Shown here piece after piece: positions 1 through 11,500 of a DNA stretch of 41,316 bases. A model generated the notes under the pieces. That model did no database searches. It saw only the letters and a program-made list of their open reading frames with translations, and was not told where the DNA came from. How positions within the stretch are numbered: position 1 is the first letter of the stretch; each line of letters starts with the position of its first letter. The position numbers were made by a program, and so were the translations under genes. Origin of the DNA: Clostridia bacterium (GTDB lineage: Bacteria; Bacillota; Clostridia; Christensenellales; CAG-1252); NCBI GenBank assembly GCA_017463565.1, contig JAFTOZ010000064.1, positions 1 through 41,316 of the forward strand. Direction: 5' to 3'.

Positions 1-1
1 T

Positions 2-2560
2 GGTCAGAACTACCGTGCCGACACCTGGTCTCCTGCTGTGTTGGTGATCAGCCAGTTGCACTATATCGATGCCGAAATCGGTGATCTGCGTCTGTACGTG
101 GATAGCGAGCCTTCCATTCTGTACGATACCGCCACCCACTATCTGGGTGTGTTTAAGCGCGCAGAAGGCACCGGCTCGGAGAGCAACTTCAAGGATGCGT
201 TTGTTGCAGGAGTACCCGTAGATATCGGTGCTCTGCATATTACCATTCCCGTTCGCTATACCTACGACTACCGTCCGCACGGCGCAGTTGGTACACCCAT
301 CACCGGCGGTGTGTTCACCGCTGATCACGGCGCGTTGAATGCAGGTGTGTATACCATCACCGCAAGCATTGATGCAGATCCCAACGGTAACTACAGCGCT
401 TGGAGTGCGACCGCTACCTTGACGATCAACCGTCTGACTTGGGGCGAGGGTGGCCTTGGCTCTATCTACCTGGTAGGTAACGAGGGCAACGAGCAATTCT
501 ACGACGGCGTGGCACACTACGTGGGCGTGAACTCTACGAATGCTTATCGCAACGAGTACGTGCCTAATCTGTACTACTACATCGCAAACGGTGTGGTGAC
601 GCCTTCGGATGAGGATAACTACAACTTCAAGGTAGACGTGGAATACACCTACTACTTGGGTGAAGTTGGAACGGGTACGTATAACGAGACCTTTGTGTAT
701 GCACAGGATGCAGGTATCTATAATATCCAAGCAACCATTGCAGAAAACGTGAACTACGTGGGTAAGACTCTCCATACGACCTATACCATTCTGCGTCTGG
801 ATTGGGTGGCAGGTCAGTTGGGCGAGATCTATCTGCCCGAGGAAGCATCTCTCACCTTTGACGCAAGCTACCACTATCTGGGCATATCGCGTACCGAGGG
901 TGTGCACGTCGACCTGGCAGACGGCCCGATGCACAACATCACCGTGACGGTGGGTACCTTGGAATTGATCATTCCTGTGATCTATACCTACAGTATGGAC
1001 GAGTCGGGTCCCTACGTGACCTTTGAAGAAAATACCGCCTATAACGCAGGTACCTACTACGTGCGCGCTACCATCGCCGACACCACCAACTACGTTGGTA
1101 AGCAGATGGCAGGTAAGTTGGTGATCAACCGCATCCGTTGGACGGACGCTGACCACGACTTTGACTACCTCTACTTGGTGGGCGGTTCTCGCGCATATAA
1201 CGGTCAAGAGCAGTACGTGGGCGTTTCCGTTGCTGTCAACCAGGCAAATCCCGTATTGCTGACCAACTTGAGCTATCAAGTGACGGCAGAGGACGCTCTG
1301 TACCAAGGCAGCGAGGGCGGCAATATCAACGTGCCCGTGACCTATTTGTTCAACACGCAGGGCGAGGGCTACGAGTACGAGCGCTTTACCTCTGCTTTGA
1401 ACGCAGGCCCCTACTATATCAAGGCTGTCATTGAGGAAAATATCAACTACGAAGGTCTGGAACTGACTACCACCTATACCATCAATCCGTTGGTATTTGC
1501 CAACGATCCCGAGGGCAACGTGGACTATAACGCAGGTTATCTGGGCGAGTTGTACCTGACCGGTGACGTTCGTCCTTATGACGGTGCGGCACACTATATG
1601 AGCGTGCAGGATACTCCCGGCTATCTGGACAAGGCACCGCAAACCTTGGTGTACGTGTTGGACGGTGGCTACGAGTTGCGCCTGAACGTTACCTATAAGT
1701 TCAGCTACGATCGCAACAGCAACGACTATACCATGGACTTTACGTCGGCAACCGACGCAGGCGTTTACCACGTATGCGCAAGTCTGCCCGATGACGTCAA
1801 CGGTAACTACATTGGTTTCACCAAGGACGCCGTGTTGGAGATCACCAAGTTGGATTGGACGGGCACCGACGGCAACCTGCCTGAGATCTTTATGATGGGT
1901 GGCTCTACGCCTTACGATATGTTGACCCACTATGCATCCGTGAGCACTTCGGCAGGCCGTTGGAATGATACCGCTCCTTCTGCCTTGCACTTTGCATTCA
2001 AGGAAGGCGGTGTGCAACAGGTTGGCGCAGGCGAGGGCGCACTGTCGATTGACGTCATCTATACCTACGCAACCGAGCGTGAGGGCGAGTACAGTCAGGC
2101 CTTTACCGGTCTGCAATCGGTCGGCACCGTATGGGTTAAGGCTTATATCGGCAGTTCGCTCAACTATCACGAAAAGGTATTTGAGCCGGTTGAGTTGTCC
2201 GTGACGGCGCTGGTATTTGCCAACGATCCCGAGGGTCATATCAACGTCTCCGAGGGCTACCTGGGCGCGCTGACCTTTGAGGGTGCTACCTTGGTGTATG
2301 ACGGTGAACCTCATAGCATTGCCGTCGTTCACGACAACCTGAACGCACAAAACGAGTTGGTATTCACCTTGGCCGGCGGTACCCTCACCATTCCTTTGGT
2401 ATATACCGCATCTAAAAATGGCGGAGAATATCTGCCCTTCGACGAGGAAACCAACGCAGGCGAGTATCGAGTGCGCTTCTCCATCGCTGCCGGCGCAAAC
2501 GGCAGTTATGCCGCTACCACCGGTGAGGCTGTGCTGTGGATCAAGCCCTTCGAGACCACC
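2..2560 (+). repeat. Tandem ~115-125 aa MBG-like repeat units within the giant protein
   Basis: Recurrent pattern HYxGV...YxY...[ND]AGxY...NY...IxRLxW. A 25-bp exact DNA repeat TGGTATTTGCCAACGATCCCGAGGG lies at 1491-1515 and 2211-2235, 720 nt or two units apart. Confidence 0.8.
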
Positions 2561-5500
2561 ATTATCTGGAACAAGGCATTTGATACAACCACCGTCTATA
2601 ACGGCTACGAGCAAGTGGTAACCGCTACCATCGAGATGGTGGACGGTGTCCACGATATGGGTCTGTTGTTCCTCAGCCGTGCTGAGTTGTTGGAGCTGGT
2701 TGGCTACGACTACGAGGCTATCCAAGCCGCAAGCACTGTGCTGACCAATAGCACGAGTATCATCTACGTGAACGGTGAGGGCACGCATACCGTGGATATC
2801 AGCGCAGTCAACAAGGACGGCGTGCTGTTCCACGCCGGCGAGTACGTCATGGTGGCTTTGTTTGACAACAGCAACTACCTTGTGACGAACTACAGTTCGT
2901 TGGTGCAAGAGTTGACGATTGAGAAAGCAATCATCGACGTGCGCGTCAACGGTAAGACCTTGACTTACGACGGTCTGCCTCACTATATCGATACCCATAT
3001 CGGATCTACCGAATATCTTGACGTCAAGCCCGCTAACCACATCATCGAGTTGGAGGGTAACGACGAGGCTACTATCTCCTATATGTACGGAACGGACGGC
3101 GAGTCCTACGGTTCTGAGTTTGAGCCTACCGCTAAGGCAGGTCACTATTACGTCAAGGTAGAGGTGCACCTCGACCTGTCCATCTCGGGCGACTACGAGC
3201 GTTGGGATGACTATGAGCATTGGGTGCGCTATGCAGAGTTGGTCATCGAGAAGAAGCAACTCTCCTTTGTGTCTACCTCTGACGAGGGCGATTGGACCAA
3301 GACCTACGATACCACCGCCGACTACTCTATGTACGAATTCAGCGGCGTAGTGGCTGCAGACGAGGGCAAGATCACTTGCAGTATCTCCTACGATAACAAG
3401 AACGCGGGCGAAGCAAAGAGCATGCAGATCAATCTGCAAAGCACGGAAGAGGGCTTGTTGGAGAACTACACCTACAACCAGATCACCTCAGGTGTGATCA
3501 AGCCCAAGGAGTTGCGCTTGGTAGACCTGAACTGGATCAAGACCTACGACGGTCGCGCAGAAGCAGCGCCCACCCTGGACGGTGTGCCCGTGGATCTCAA
3601 CGACGCTGCCGCATACGAGGAAGGCTACTACAAGTACGAATCGGATGAGGTGCAGGTTGTGGCTACCTTCAACAGCAAGAACGTGACCGAGGCAAGCGTG
3701 CTGAACTTCAGCCTGCAAGGTGCTGACGCTATGAACTATGTGGTTGGCAATACGCCTCCTGCGTTGGGCGCCGGCGAACACTATATCCTGCCCAAGGAGA
3801 TTGATATCACTTGGAGCGGTATCGATCTGACCTACAACAGCTACGTGCGTACTGCCGAGGCGTTGGCCGCCAACCGTGCTAATGGCGTGGAGGCCTATAC
3901 CTATACCTCCGCTCACTTTGACTTGGTGGGTGACGATATCGCAAACAACGTACTGTCCGCAGGTAACGGCGTATTCCTCTTTGCGCTGACCTACTACGAT
4001 AAAGACGACAACGTGATGCCTGCTTCCGCCTATAAGAATGCAGGTGACTATTCCGTGCGTGCCGATTTGGACGAGCGTGTGATGACGATTGACGTGGATG
4101 CCAGCTACGGCATTGACGCCGGTACCTACTATACCTTGAGCACCGAGGGCGAGGCTCTCAACTATGTGTTCAAGCCGTCCGATATGGCAAGAGATACCAA
4201 GATTGAAAAGCTGTTGCGCGTGGTGAATTGGGAATTCCCCGCAGGTGAGCTTGTGTACGACGGTACCTCTAAGGTCATCAGCGCAAGTATCGAACTGGTG
4301 GGTGCTGACCGCACCAACGTGGCGTACGGCGCAGACCTGAACGGCGTACTGCACCTCGGTGTTTTGGCACCTGACGTACCCCTCACGGACAACGGCGGTC
4401 TGGCCTGCGTGTCAGGCGTTGTGATGTTGCGTAACGGCGCGCGTACCAACGTGTTCCGCAATGCAGGTAGCTACGATATCTACGTGCAGTTGGTGCACGA
4501 GTTGAGTTTGAACTACGAACTCAACGACGGCGAGCGCAACGGTACCGTGATCAAGAAGGCGCCCATCGGCGATTACTTCCGCTTTGAGGGCTCGGTAGAA
4601 TATACCTACGAGCACGGTACTCGCTACTACTTCTTCGTGGCGCCCGGCGACGGTGACGCATTTGGTATGCTAGCATACGATCCTATCGTTGGTGGCGAAT
4701 TCTCGTACGATGACTACGAGCGCAGCTACGCATACGACGATATCCCCGTGCTTGTGCAGTACAACGGCGGTGATTTGAGCTTCTACGCCGAGCCTACTGC
4801 GTATGCATTGGGTAGCAACGGCGTGGTGAATGCCGGCTCCTACGTGATTGAAGCAAGCGTATTGGAGACGGAGAACTACGAGGGCTGGGTTGGCCGTGTT
4901 GAGATTGTCATCCATAAGGGTATCATCAATATCTTTGATATCGCTGACCGTTTGGATTCGTCCGGTGCTCCTTTGGTATACAACGGTAGCGCCTACGGTT
5001 TGTTTGCTGCCTACAAGGGCGCAGGCGACGAGGCAGGTTTGAAGTTCAATACGAACTATACCGAGTTGTATCTGCCCGACGGTACTGCAGCAGGTATCCA
5101 ATATTTGATGCACGAGCTGTCCTACACCGGCAAGTTGGCACAGGGCGAGAGCGGTATTTCTGCCGTGCCTTTGACGAGCAACGGTTGCTACGTAGACGCA
5201 TTGGGCAACGTGATTGCTGCCGATATCAAGAGCCGTTACGACGGTTCGCAACCCACCGTACTGCCCGAAACCAAGCAGGCCGGCTACTATTTGGTGAGTG
5301 CCGCCGTGATTGACCACACCAACTACCAAGATTGGACCGGTGAGGGTCTGTTGCGTATCATTCAGTACAACACGACGGTACTGTGGATGGCACGTCCCAG
5401 CGCAACCCAAGAGTTCGTGGGTATCAACGAGGTGGAATTCACCTACAACGGATACGATCAGATCGGCAACGTGATGGCGTACTTCCCGACCTATGCAGGG

Positions 5501-8500
5501 GACGGCGACGAGAACAACCGTGCATATCTGCAAATTCTGACGATGCCCGAATCGGGTCTGGCTCTGTATGAAGCTAACGGCGGTCAGCCCAACGAATTCC
5601 GTTTGGCAAGTACCTATTTGTTGGATTGCCAGTTGCCCGAGGCAGTGGGCGAGGATGCAGAGAAGATAGAATATCTTGCTCGCAACTACAATATCACCTA
5701 CTCCGAGACCAAACTCACGATGAAGAAGTTCACCGTAACCTTCACGTGGGACGTTGATTCGATCGGAACTGCTTATGATCCTGCGAACCCGCCCATTTAC
5801 GATGGTATCGCACACACGTTGTATGCACGCGGCGTGGGTGTTAGCTATTATGTGAAGATTGGCGGTTACGGCAACGAGAGAGTGACCAGACGTACCGAGG
5901 CTATCCCCTTGGTGACCGACGAGTTTGACGAGAATGGCAACCGCAGATGGGAGGCTATTGATGCAGGTGAAAACTACAAGGCTACCATCATCGGTATCGG
6001 TCAAACAGAAATCGACAACGCCGGCTCCTACTGTATGCAGAACGGTCAGGATTGCAATTACGCTGCCAGCACGTATCTCTACAACTACGAGCTGCCTTCG
6101 TCCGGTCTGGAACTGACCTGGAAGATCGCAAAGCGCCCGTTGACGGTTGTGATTGACGATCGCGACAGCATGCTGTTGCAGAAATATTACGACGGTATCG
6201 ATAAGTTCGAAATCGATCAGGCCGAGTCCACCTTTACCTTCGAGAAATCCATGGTAGATGACGGCGAGGGCGGATTGATCGAAGAGGCCATCACCCGTAA
6301 CGGTATGACCGTCTATCTGTACAATCAGACCGCAACCTATCGCGTCATTGGCGTTGACGGGGCGAACTCCTTCTCCTATACCATTCGCGGAATCTTGGAG
6401 AGAGATACCTACTCGCAACACAAGTGTCCTGAGTGTGACTACTTCTACTCGGAGAATGAATTCTCCAGCTATTCGTTGGAGAGCGAACTTGGCTATGAAA
6501 TCATGGCCGTGACCCCCGGTACTAAGTGGAACGATTTGGACGAAGGCTACGAGTGCCCGAGATGTAAAGAGATCAGCGGTGCCAATGCAAACCGTCTTGC
6601 AGAGGCGTTGTACAACATGTTGATCGTGGAGTACGACAACAAGAACATGATGGAATTCGTCATTTTGGCGCAACAGATTGATGCGTTCTATAATATGGCG
6701 GAAAAATTACTGGAAGGCACACCCGACTTCGGTGACGCCGAGATTGCATATTACTATCTGTTGTCTGCAAAACAGTTGCTTGATGAATCAACAACCATCG
6801 GTAGCAATCTCCCCTTGATCTTGGAACACGCTTATGCAGACATATATTTCTTGCAGGCAGCGGCGGTGTCTGCCATGATTGCGGGCTTGCCCGAAATACC
6901 TGCCGTTTACGGTGCATCTGCTCCGGGCTATTCCTTGTCGAGCTACGTTAACGTGATAATGCTCAAATCTTATTATGATAGTCTTGATACGGAAACCGAG
7001 GTGGGTGGAATGGATCCCAAGTCCTCTGTGGAGAACGTTGATAAACTGAGCGCTGCTATGGATGTAATCGATCTGCTTGTTGATACTGCCAGCGCAGACG
7101 ATTTCGATTCCGAAGTCGCAAGCAAACTGGGGTCTATCTCGAGTATGGAGCAGTACAAGGATTACGTATCTTTGCGTAGTGTATACGAATTACTGGGCGA
7201 AGAGAAGATGGAACAAGTGAGCGATGAAACCGTTAACACGTTGACGGTGGCGGGCAATGCAATCTGGGCTATACTGAAAGCCGAGATTGCAGAGATCCGT
7301 ATTTCCGACAGTCTGCACGACATTCGCTGGGCAGAGGGCGTTGTTCAAACCGTGATCCACAAGGGATATATCCAAATGGCAGATCTCATTCCCGGTAACT
7401 TCGTTGCTAACAACTTGAGCGGCGAGCGTGATGAGTTGGATGCGTACGACGCCGAAATCCGGAAATTATGCGTGGGAGATGATTATTACACCCAAGCTGC
7501 AGTTCGTGTAAATTTCGATACGGCCACTGCTGCGGAGATCATGCTCAATTCCGTTGCTGAAAGCAAGGGCTTAAACTCGGATGCCATGGCATATGTGCTC
7601 CGTTACTTGGCGTATGATCTGTATCAGGATATGGAGGTGATCACAAAGACGACCTACACGTCTGCTATAGAGAACGTTATGTCCATCAAGGAGATGGATT
7701 CAAGCACATATATTTACAACATAGGTTTATTTACCTATCTCTGGGAGAGATGGGAACGCATTAATTCTTACGAAGGAATTGGAGAAAGCGCTTGGGAGAA
7801 AGTAGATAGCGGCAACGCAAGATTTAATCAGCTTGAGGCATGCCTACAAGCAGCAAATTCTACAGTTCCCCATGTCAACTATGTGTACGCATGGCTAATG
7901 GGTATTGAAATTGGCGGTATAAACGAAGAAGATATTCTTACTTTGAATACGGCCCGACTGGTTTATGAACTGGCCCTAACAAACGGTGTTGAGGGTACGA
8001 CTGAAGATTTTGACGTGAGTAGCTTGGACATCAGTTCTCTTGAGCGCGAAGAGCGTGGCATGCAGAACGACTATATGAACGGCGTGATCTCTAATATCCC
8101 TCTGCCCACCACGCTGGAGAGTGGTATCGAAAACAACGGGAATACAAGTTTGGCTTACGCCGTTGGTTTGTATAATACCTTTGGCGCAACGCTACGTGCT
8201 GCGCTGGATACAAACGGACAACTCGAAGCGCGCCTGTCTTCTTACGAGTCTCTCTTTAACTTCGATGCAGTAGCAAGCATCATCAACGACCAGAGAACGA
8301 TGGAAGAGGTTCTCCTCACCTTCAACGGCCTGCCCCGTGACGTGGTTGGTCTGTATCTGGACGCAGATTTTGTCAACCGTATCGAAGGTATGGTGCTCAC
8401 GCAGTACATTGCCCTGCTTTCCGTGGACGGCAATCTATTGGACGTTGGCTTGCTGCACTATATCAAGGTGCGCACCGACGTAGAGAACGGTCGAATCAGT

Positions 8501-11500
8501 GAAGAAGCGTTGGCTTATATTACCAACTACGATCGCTTCTTGGAGCTTTACGATAAAGTGATGCTGCCCATCCCTAGTTTCAGCGACTTAGAGCCTGCTG
8601 TACAACGGTTGACTTCGTATCTTGATGGGAACGGCAAATTGGCGGGTAATCCCGACTTGAATATGATGATGGACCTGTATAACGCACGCTATATCTACAG
8701 TTATCTGAAGAATATGTCGTTTGACGTCGATAGTGTAGATTCAAGTGCGATGACAACGCTGGAAGGAGAAGTCGCAAGTTACGTGCTTTCTTTATTGAAT
8801 AACGTTAACGTTCAATCTAGCTACAGCGAGTATGAGCGCCGTCAGATTGCTCTCGCTCGTATCTACTACGATATGCTCCACGAGGACGTAATAAATATCT
8901 ATGGAATGATGGATTGGGCGAATCGCTTGATAGACCAGGAGAACAAGTTGCTCGCCGCAATTCGCGAGACCGCGATTACAAGGAAGAGCGAATTTGTAGC
9001 AATAAGCAATCCGATACAGCTTATTCCCTATCAGATCAATATCTACCACACGCACCTGGATGAGAATAGCGATAATATCTGCGACTTGTGCGAGGGCGAC
9101 GCTTCCTCTGACCGCTATCTCACGAATGCGGTAGATGCAACGGATGCAGACATACTGTGGAATACGTTTAAGAATGATAACTATGAGCGCACTGCTGACT
9201 CGGCTGGCGCTACCGGTTTGACTAACGTACCCGCTAACGTACTGCCCTTACCTCTGACGATAGAGTTCGGCGGTGATAAGTCTATGTACTACAACGGTAA
9301 CACCTTCTATCGAGAATATCATGGAATCGATTCATTTGCCTACATTGTACAGGACAACGTAGCACATATTGCTCCGTTTGGCGATTACGATGACGATGAG
9401 AACAGCGCAACCCTGTCGCAGGACGGCACAAGCATCAGCGTCGTGCTGTGGGATAAGTATATGACCAACGGTATCAACCTTACCTTCACCAAGGTAGTGG
9501 AGGATGAGCCCGAGGTGGATCCTTTGGCAGAAGACGAGGAGCCGGATGCCTTCGTCGGCACTTGGATCTGCGGCGATATGAAGTTGACCTTTGACGGAGG
9601 AGGAAACGGCGTCTTTGCAAAGGGTAATCAACTCACGAATGTTTCGCAATGGGGCGAGTTTATTTCTAAGGTCGTATTAACCCGGGACAAGACGGGTCAG
9701 GTCATTGATTCGGAATACGGCAGATTGATTGACGGTAACTACTTTGAATTTGCAATCTCCTTGGTGGGTTACAGCCACGAGGGTCGACTTGTTTGCAACG
9801 TATCCGACGCAAGCGATATCCCGCATAAGTTGATTCTGTTGCCAAACGAGGAGGGCGAGTTCGAAATCGTCACCAAGGATACCCTCGGTAGACAAAACTA
9901 CGTGATCACCGTTCAAATGGAAGAACTGATCGTCGAGGGCTACGAGGAGGTAGACAACGGTGTTAATACTGGCGAGATCCAGTACGACCCCTGCACCGTT
10001 ATGGTTCCGTTTGCAACGAAGCAAGAAGGTTTGACGGTACCTGCGGAGTTCCGTATCAAAAAGCGTCCGTTGGAGATTGTGTATAGCAACGTACTGCAAA
10101 GCTGGCAACAGGATGCGCCCATCACGATTACGGCAGGCAGTATCCAACGCGGAAAAACCAATTTGAATGCGTACGAGACGGATATCGATGACGAAGCATT
10201 CTTGGCACTGCTCAAAAAGGACGGTTTCCTGGATAGCGAGGGTAACCTCATCACCGGAGATCAGGCAGTCATCAAGTCGGACGCAACTTGGTGGGTTGAG
10301 GATAAGAATCATACGTACGAACGTTATCAAGGATTCATTATGTATCACGACCGTGAGTACGACCTCGATCCGAAGTTGAAGATTTATCTGACGGACGGCG
10401 GCGATTTGGCAGGTGCCCTACGCTCGAACAACGGTAGCAACTACGAGATCAATATGCCCGTGCTACAGGTGACGCACTCTCTCGTTGCAAGCGAGGAGGA
10501 TTACAGCTTCTACATTAGCACCGCTAAGGACGTGCAACTGATGGGTCTGGATATGACCGGTTTGTACGAGGCCCGTCATGATTTGTATAATCCGGTGGGC
10601 AAGATACCTACCTTCCTGCAAAAGAACGATATCGACATGATCGACGAGAAGGGCAATCTGGTGATCGTCAAGTCGGCAGGCATCTTCGAGGGTTACTACC
10701 GTGGCGACGGACACAAGATTCGTCACCTGGTGGTGATGAACGACGGTATCTACGGTGGCTTGTTTGCACAACTTGAGGGCGGTGTGATTCAGGACTTGCA
10801 CATAGAGGACGCACACGTCTATATGATCGGCGGTGCTACCGTGGGCGGTCTGGTTGGTAAGGCAAGCAACGCGCAAATCGTGAATAGCTCCTTCGCAGGT
10901 AAGGTCGAAGGTCACGTATACGTAGAAGCAGATGCAACGATTGCAGGTGGCTTGGTTGGTGAGGCATACAATACCTCCCTGCATAACGTAGCGGTAGCAG
11001 GATACGTGCAGATTGAAAACGCACATTCCGACTGGCATGACAAGGAGCAAAACATCTACGCAGGCGGTCTGATTGGCCACGCAAGCCATAATGAGCACTT
11101 TGGCTACACGCATATGGTTAGCGCAAGCTCCATAGCGGTTGCGGTATCTGCCGACGTGTGGACTGCAGAGTCCAATATGGGCTCTGTCATCGGCTACTGG
11201 CAGGACGTTGACGCAACTGCATACGAAGCGTTGTTCGAGTATGCAACCACTGCATATCTCACCAATAGCGCGACGATGCACAGCCTCTACGGCGGTGGAG
11301 ATGACGTGAGCGTTTGCAACTATGCGGTAGGTAACTACCATGCAGGCGCAGAAAGCCTGTTTGGCTCTTCCTACGATACCTTGCTTCTCAACGCCAATGA
11401 GGCCGCCCAACTGCTGGCTTCCAACGTGATGAAGGATCACTATCTGTCGACCGGTCTGTATAGTTACAGCGGTCAGAAGAAGGACGAGAAGGGTCGCAGT

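Noticed and set aside
38-40. GTG at 38 as the start of the giant protein
   Set aside because: The frame is open to the window edge, with no SD or signal peptide, and the sequence begins mid-repeat.
1491-2235. 25-bp exact repeat as a DGR template/variable pair or recombination site
   Set aside because: It lies in frame within protein repeat units, with no adenine-specific variation and no reverse transcriptase or recombinase in the window.
4670-6673. Long antisense ORFs (also 3488-4354, 10463-11806, 27287-29473, 32025-33317, 33921-36116, 22471-23331, 23906-24994)
   Set aside because: They are in-register shadows of real genes. The scarcity of TTA/CTA/TCA codons removes antisense stops, and they show no recognisable motifs.
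6563-9000. Intein as the explanation for the ~800-aa insertion
   Set aside because: No Hint block A, no terminal HN-[CST] and no LAGLIDADG motifs. The sequence is helical repeat.
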